This document shows positions 57,242 to 64,000 of a stretch of 64,000 bases of DNA, one piece after another (position 1 is the first letter of the stretch; every line of letters begins with the position of its first letter). Position numbers and translations under genes: made by a program. Below the pieces are notes generated by a model. The model saw only the letters and a program-made list of their open reading frames with translations. It had not been told where the DNA came from and searched no databases. Source of the stretch: the human T2T-CHM13v2.0 reference genome, Homo sapiens; NCBI RefSeq assembly GCF_009914755.1, contig NC_060936.1; one strand, written 5' to 3'.

Positions 57242-57572
57242 GGCTGGGTGCGGTGGCTCATGCCTGTAACCTCAGCACTTTGGGAGGCCGAGACCGGTGT
57301 GGATCACCTGAGGTCAGGAGTTTGAGACCAGCCTGGCCAAACATGGCGAAACCCCGTCTCTACTAAAAGTACAAAAATTAGCCAGGTGTGGTGGCAGATG
57401 CCTGTAATCCCAGCTACTCAGGAGCCTGAGGCAGGAGAATCACTTGAACCCAGGATGTGGAGTGAGCCAAGATCGCGCCACTGCACTCCAGCCTGGGCAA
57501 CATGAGTGAAACTCCATCTCAAAAAAAAAAAAAAAAAAAAAAAAAGGAAAAGGAAAAAAGAAAAAAAAAAAG
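57242..57572 (+). mobile_element. AluSx-like element
   Basis: gatcacctgaggtcaggagtttgagaccagcctggccaa; TSD aaaaccagcactcag / aaaaccatcactcag. Confidence 0.95.
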
Positions 57573-57783
57573 AAAACCATCACTCAGGTTTTAGCTTCTC
57601 TCTCATTCCTGAGTCACTTCGTACTGCAATACTTTGTGCCTTCCTGGTGTTGCTCACATGATCAAGAACTCATTTTAACAATAGCTGCCATGTTTGAGTG
57701 CTTACAGTGTGCCAGCCATTTGTCCAAACACTTTACTGTGTAATCGTCATCAGACCTTACTAAGGAAGGTATCATCCTCAATC

Positions 57784-57833
57784 TCTACATGAGGAAACCA
57801 AAGCCTGGTCTACATGAGGAAACCAAAGCCTGG
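57784..57833. repeat. Perfect 25-bp tandem duplication within a MIR
   Basis: tctacatgaggaaaccaaagcctgg twice. Confidence 0.95.
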
Positions 57834-59149
57834 AGAAGTTAAGTAACTGGCTTAATATCACAGAGTTTAGTGAATGGTAGAAACAAGGTCCCAACCCAAA
57901 CTGTCTGGCTCCAGAGATTGGTTGTCATATAACTTATAGACCAAGCTGCAACACTTTTGAGAGTGACACGAGATACTATTAATAATTATGCCAGGACAAC
58001 AGATATAAACCAAGACTGACCTTGGCAAACCAGGACATGAGGTTGTCCAACATATTCTGCCATTTTAAATGTACTCGTTGAATGGTTACAATCTTGTGAA
58101 ATGACGACAAGCTTTACAGCCAGCCAAATTCAGGCTTAATTGAGCAGAGGCGTGAAAGTACCCAACACAGTGCCTGCTGCATGGTAGGAAATCGGTAGAT
58201 ACCTGTTTCCTTCTGCCAAGTTTCTAATCCTTTGCTGGGCAACATGGGCAAGTGTAACATGTAGCCCTTATTCTGGAAGCCCTTACAATAGAGTTGATAG
58301 AAAAAAGGAACATAAATGAAAACTTTTAAAGATTATTCTAAGACTTTAGTAATCCGAGGCTGAGCATAAGAGTTCAGAGATGGTGATTCTCTTAGCTTTT
58401 GAATTTTTAGGTGAGTAGAAATTTGAACTGTGTCTTGAAGACTGAGTAGAAGGCAGGAAGGTTAGAATTGGGTATAGCTAAAGAAAGACTGAGTTTATTC
58501 AGAAGTGTCTCTGTGACATAAGTTTGTCAAATATTTCAGCTCCATTCCAACCATAGTAGTATTCCAGATACAATGAAACAGGGACACACTTTTGTTGTAT
58601 TTTATTTTTTCAGTGTTGTGCACTCACGAACCCCTAGAGAGCCCAGATGAGGACTTGATTCTCCCAGGCATGGAAGGACAGACAGAGAAACTTCTTAGGA
58701 GCATTGGTCTGTGGTTTTCAAGACCTTCTGTTATTTAGGAATTTTGAACAAACTCCTGCCCCCGCAATGGTTTTCACAGTAAGAGCAACAGCTGCGGGGT
58801 ACTTATTCCTCCCTGATTTATGTAAAAAGGAAGAGCAACTTCATCATACTTTTTCTCAGTCCCAAGTGCGGGAAATTCTAAACAGGCTCAACACCACCCT
58901 CTAGTGTGCACAAAGGGCGGACGTGGGAATTGAAGCCTGTTCATGACAAAGGCAGATGGTGAAGACTGGAGAAGGTAGAGGGAGAGAAACATCCTTGTAT
59001 CTGCAGGAAGCCCATGAATTAATATATATCCAAGTGCTCTAAGGTAAAGTACTTCTTTAATAGAAAGATCTAAGGGAGCGCTTCCAAAAGAAAGAATATA
59101 ATGTTCTGTGAAATACTAATCCCACGAGATTCCGTCCGCACGCACTCTT

Positions 59150-59314
59150 TTTTTTTTTTTTTTTTTTTTATACTTTAAGTTCTAGGGTACATGTGCACAA
59201 CGTGCAGGTTTGTTACATATGTATACATGTGCCATGTTGGTGTGCTGCACCCATTAACTCGTCATTTACATTAGGTATATCTCCTAATGCTTTCCCTCCC
59301 CCCTTCCCCCACCC
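59150..59314 (-). mobile_element. Extremely 5'-truncated L1PA (about 165 bp of 3'UTR plus poly(A))
   Basis: Poly(T) then tatactttaagttctagggtacatgtgcacaacgtgcagg...; TSD cactctt (59143-59149 / 59315-59321). Confidence 0.93.
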
Positions 59315-59587
59315 CACTCTTAAAGTGCCCCACGGTTAACTAAGTTTGGAATCCTCTACACATCATTACAGTCTTCTGCAAGCCCCTGTTACAGCTTCAG
59401 TGTTTAGGAAAGCTGTTGGGAAGTTATGCAGTGATGAAAAATCCACTTCCCACAAACATTTGACCCCTGAACTTTTTTTTTTTTTTTTTTTTTTACCTCT
59501 ACAAGCCCCATGTCATCCCCTAACACAACTTCTCATGGAACGTACTTTGGGCAATGCTACTAGAAAAAGTACAAATGAAGTTCTTAC

Positions 59588-59683
59588 CTCCGGCTTCCCA
59601 TTTGATGAAACAAGTCCTGTCCCATAGGCTTCGATGGCTCCACTCTGCTTGCAAAGATCAAACTCTAAAGTAAACCAATAGAG
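59588..59683 (-). pseudogene. TH2: Hydroxylase pseudo-exon A (96 nt; equivalent to the antepenultimate TH exon / PAH exon 10)
   Basis: Acceptor ttttgtgccttgatcAG (AG at 59685-59684) and donor GTAAGA (59587 downward) are intact. Translation [32 protein letters not shown] vs recalled TH [32 protein letters not shown] gives 20/32 identities. The iron-ligand Glu of the WFTxEF motif is retained. Confidence 0.92.
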
Positions 59684-62600
59684 CTGATCAAGGCACAAAA
59701 TGGAAAAAGAATGGAGCGGTGACTGAAACCAAATATCTAATCAACAGTGCCAAGGACTGGAAGATCCCTCAAGAGGCTGAGAGGCAACCCAGTTCTTCCC
59801 CACTTCAACCCCATCCCGATCTTCAGGCAGGACAGAGAGCCTTCGTACTGCTCTCCTAATGCATCATCCTCAGTCCCCTGGACCCCGCTTCTTTCAAAGT
59901 TCAATTATATCTGAGGCTTAGTTCAAGGGTCCTCTTCTTCAAATCTTCTCATGACTCGGGGGCCCACTGAGCATTTCCTTTCCTTCAGTTAGATCACCCT
60001 TTCATGTATTCATTAAAAGCACATTGAACACTTACCATATGCGTGATACAGTGCTGGGAAATACAGATCTGAAATAGACAAAGATCCTACCCCCCAGAGG
60101 AGCTCACAATTTCTACCACTGGAAGAGGAATGAAGAGAAGACAACGAAGGCTCAGTTCTAAGGAAGGCTTCAGCAGATGAAGATACAGTAAGTTGCGGGC
60201 ACATTGCCTTGTAGAACATATCCAACAGCATTCTCACCATGATCACATCAAGTTATCAGAACACAGCCTGCCTCAGGTTAAGCACTCTATGGATGTTAGC
60301 TTTTATTTGTGTTGTTATTATCATTCTTGCTATTATGTATTACATTTATGTTGTATTACTTTTTTTCTTATTCTACTGTTCCTGTACAATAAAATTGAAG
60401 GGTAAGATGCTATCTCCACCACAAATGGTTTAGTTTGTGAAATTACTGCAATACTCAGTGATTGCTGATAAATATCAATGCCAATGACACTTTATTCCTC
60501 TCCCTGTAAAATGATGCTACCAGTAACTATCTTTTCAGATTTCATTGATTCGTCAATTTTTCTTCATTCATTGAAATAATATAAGGTTTCCATTATGTGC
60601 CAGACTCTGTGCTAAGGAAAGGGAATATAATAATAAGACAGACAAAGTCCCTGCCCTCCTGGAGTTTGCTACATCTCAGAATTGTGGAGATTTCAGTGAG
60701 ATTACTTTATATGTGTGCATTTTCTGATATGAAAGGCTGGGTAAATGTAGAGTATTATTATAACTTAACAACCCACCAACACTACTGCTGTCAAGCATAG
60801 CCTCCAGTCTCTGAAATAGAGAATCTCACTGTGCTTACCTGGCACAGTGCCTGGTTTCATAGGCACCTTCAGAAATGTCTGCTTAATGAATGAATGAGTG
60901 GAAGAATTAATTAGAAACATTATTACTAAATTTCATTTTCTACATAAATAATAATCATGATGAAATGAAGGGGGGTGAATGGGAATACCTATGAATTAGT
61001 CAACTCTTGTTACATGGTAATTATGACATTGTGTACTTTTTTATCATTGTCCTCCTAGCAACCATGGTGTTCAGTATCAATATTCTCATTTTACAGATGA
61101 GCATAAATGAAGTTCAGGGATATTAAGTAACTTTCCCAGGGCTTCAAAATTATAAGCACAAATAATAACGGAATCAGTGGCCTGAGAACACACTCACATT
61201 TTCCTTCTCCTTTAAGGGGTAGTTTCATTCTTTTCCCCAGACCCTATTTTATTATTGAGGAACATGGTCTTCTTTTCCAGATTAAACTAAATGGGGATGG
61301 ATGAGGTGATGAGTTCCACCTAATGTGTCACAGCTGGAGATGCGTGTCATGGCCATTAACTGAAATTAATGCCCTGAAGGCAATCATTACCAACCCCAGC
61401 CTAATAGAAACCAAGGGCATCTCTGATAAAACAGTTTTGATTTCCTCCCAACATTTTCCAAATAAAGTTAAACAAACAACAGATTTCCTTAACACCAAAA
61501 GATGTGTTGTCGCTGAGCGGATTGAATCTTGATACAGAACTCAGTTACAAGGTAACAGGACCAAAGAAGGTCTAACAGTCACCTATTTGAACCGTTTTCT
61601 TGATGATGAATCTTCTCTAATGCTCCCTTCCCCAAATGCCCTCTAGCCTATGCTTGGATACTCCTAGTTGGAGAATTTCTTCATGCTTAAGATAGCCCAT
61701 TTTATCTTTAGAGTGAGCTTATTGGAAAGTTCACTGCATGTTGAGCTGAAACCTGCTTCAAGTGGCTTCTCCTCATTGTTTCTAATTTTCTTCCTGGGAG
61801 TCACTAGGAAATGTGATTTGCCATCCCCAGGAATAGTGTTTCCAGACTACTCCTATGGTACTTGCTCTACTACACACTTATACACTCAATATTTTTATTC
61901 AACTCATTATAACTTTACCTATTTTAATCTACAACTAAGCAATAAAATCTGTGAAATCATAGGTTGATGTGTTAGCTTTATGGTTTTCTAACACATATTA
62001 ATATTATTAATGTATTATTAATTATATATATTGTTTGTGTTATACATTATTTATATTAATGTATTATTAATTATATTATCATTAATGTATCAATGGTAGT
62101 ATGGCCATCCCATTTGGGAAACACCATGCATATCCCTTCTCTGTATATACTAGTTGAAAATAACAGCCAATCTTCATCGAGTTTCCAGTTGGACAAACAT
62201 TCTTAGTACTTTCAATTATATAATATAGAGTGAAATTAATTTACTACCTTGGTTATTTGCCTCCAATTTGTCTGTATGCCTATTTAGGTTTGGGGGCCAG
62301 TCTCAAATACAGTACTCTCATTATATATGCTATGATTTTATTAATCTGTGTTTCCATTAGCCTTGGAAGTCAGACTATGTATTTCTAAAGAGTTCACTGG
62401 TCCTCAACTTCTTTAAGTCTTTGTTACCTGCACCAGCATATCATCCTTCCCCATCTTGTTCCTTCTTTTGGAAACAAGTATAAGAGCTTTCATCAATCCT
62501 CACTGCATTTCATCTTGGCCTATCAATTTATAACCTGCGAAGATGCTTGTTGATTCTGATTCTGTTACCTAAATTATTCATTTTCTCTCCAATCCTCTAA

Positions 62601-64000
62601 TTATATATATATATTTGATAAACATGCATTTTGTATTTTCATGTAAATCACTGACAGGCATGTGGTCCTAGAAACTTGCTTCCAGATTAATATTGGTCCA
62701 TCAATCATCTTGCTTTAGGCACTAGTTACTATAATCAAATCCATGTTTATTATTAATCCTCTAGAGGCTTTTGTCATTTAACATGGCCTATATAATACTC
62801 TGGTAATTACTTCTTACATACTGATGTACCACCCATATGAACACTTGATTTTTGTAAGATTACTAAAGAATTCTTTAAACATCACTCTACTCTGGAAGTT
62901 ATAATAAGGATTATTGAGTTCCAACTTATCCATTTATTGGACCAAACACTTGACCTATACTGAGCATTTTAACTGCAATAAGTTCATAATAATAAAGATT
63001 ACTATCCTGAAGATATTGGAGGAAGATATTGGAGATCCTGAAGATTTTTAAGGTCATAACACCAAGCTAAGTAACCTGGTTGGTAGGTGGAGAAGATAAG
63101 ATTCAAACTCAGGTCTGTCTGACATCAAAGTCCAATCCATTTCTATTGTAAGATGGTCAGCTCAGAGTGGAAAACGCATTTGGAAAAATGTCTGCTCTCA
63201 CGTTTGCTGGGTATAGTGTCTGCATTTTGTACGCTAATATGTAACAGCTATCCTGGAAAAAATATCAGGTCCTTTTCTGAGGGCTTTGATTTTTTTAAAG
63301 AAAATTGTAGTCACATAATCTGCACAGAAGACAAGCTCCTATAGAAGATGAGGCATTCTTTGACCCTGCAAGGAGTCTCAGTGTGGAAGCTCTGAGCAGA
63401 GAGCAGCAGCAGGGTGCATGCACACTTAAGTTTTGCACAGTGAGGCAATACTTTTAAAAGCTGGTATATTAAGCCAGATCAGAATTTAAAATGAGCTTAT
63501 CTGTGATCTCTAACTGTGGCATAATTCCATAAGAAGAAGAAATGAATGTCTAGATTTATCCCCCGATCCTGAAGCAACTGCCACTGCAGCTAACACTAGC
63601 TTGCTTCTGCTTGATGGATAGCATAGTAGTATCATCTCTAACCATAGTACTCTCCAATGTACATTTATGGACACATAAGCAATCCAGCTCCTCTCCCTTT
63701 AAGAGTTGCTGTCCTAGAAATGGGGCTGCACTATTCATCCCACCCTACAGAGGGTACAGAGGGCCACTCAACATGGGGGCCATTTCAAAATGATGTAGGA
63801 GACTGATGGCTCCCAAAGGTAGGACAGACTAGTAGCTGTGCCATATGGACTTTTAGTTATTGGACATTCACCCCTTTGGGAGAAAGTTGGGATGGCTGCT
63901 TTTCAATAGGTGCAGGATCTCTGCAGCTTTGGCCCTGTCTCCAGTACTTAGAGGGTGGGTAGCAAGCAAACTTTTCCAGCAGAAGGCTGTGTTTTCACAT

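Larger units (their letters stand above)
48819..59683 (-). pseudogene. TH2: Unprocessed tyrosine-hydroxylase-like pseudogene (last three coding exons), probable TH2 remnant; 5' exons presumably beyond the right edge or decayed
   Basis: Three collinear minus-strand exons of 96, 134 and 160 nt, separated by introns of 7338 and 3137 nt. Conceptual splice: [32 protein letters not shown] / HILSNKPEYKPFDAEAAAIQAYKDWDFQPIYFVAENLKDVKAEL(Q) / [51 protein letters not shown]. This aligns without gaps to the TH C-terminus. Hydroxylase family membership is very secure; the TH2 symbol is inferred. Confidence 0.85.

Noticed and set aside
48819-59683. That the exons are the functional PAH, TH, TPH1 or TPH2 gene
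   Set aside because: The translations differ extensively from all four recalled proteins, the PAH-specific last intron is absent, the introns are far larger than in compact TH, and there is a stop plus a broken acceptor.
48819-59683. Processed (retro) pseudogene
   Set aside because: Introns are present at the ancestral positions with splice signals; there is no poly(A) or TSD.
60148-60195. Plus-strand ASADEDT followed by GTAAGT as a hydroxylase exon
   Set aside because: It is on the wrong strand, the similarity is weak, and it lies in L2-like sequence.
62150-62200. Minus-strand DEDWLLFST as the missing 57-nt exon (DEEIEKLST)
   Set aside because: No GLASLGA motif and no convincing splice sites; compatible with chance.

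Overview
This is primate genomic DNA (AluJ/S/Y and L1PA present; probably human), mostly non-coding and dense in interspersed repeats: L1, Alu, MIR/L2, MaLR LTRs, an ERVL pol remnant, and hAT and Tigger DNA transposons. I found no intact protein-coding gene, structural RNA gene or CRISPR array. The main discovery is three minus-strand exons (59588-59683, 52116-52249, 48819-48978; 96, 134 and 160 nt) encoding the C-terminal part of an aromatic amino acid hydroxylase. Their lengths, phases and diagnostic residues are tyrosine-hydroxylase-like, but the sequence is only about 33-63% identical to TH as I recall it. One splice acceptor is broken (AG>AA) and there is one premature stop. The best interpretation is an unprocessed (unitary) pseudogene of TH2, the second vertebrate tyrosine hydroxylase generally described as lost in placental mammals. 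That orthology is an inference and needs synteny and phylogeny checks. Minor signals include a pure (CG)10 Z-DNA tract, a near-perfect 32-bp inverted repeat, a possible L1 3' transduction, templated-insertion scars and a (GAA)19 Alu tail. Repeat subfamily names and protein identities come from recalled consensus sequences by eye, not from database searches.
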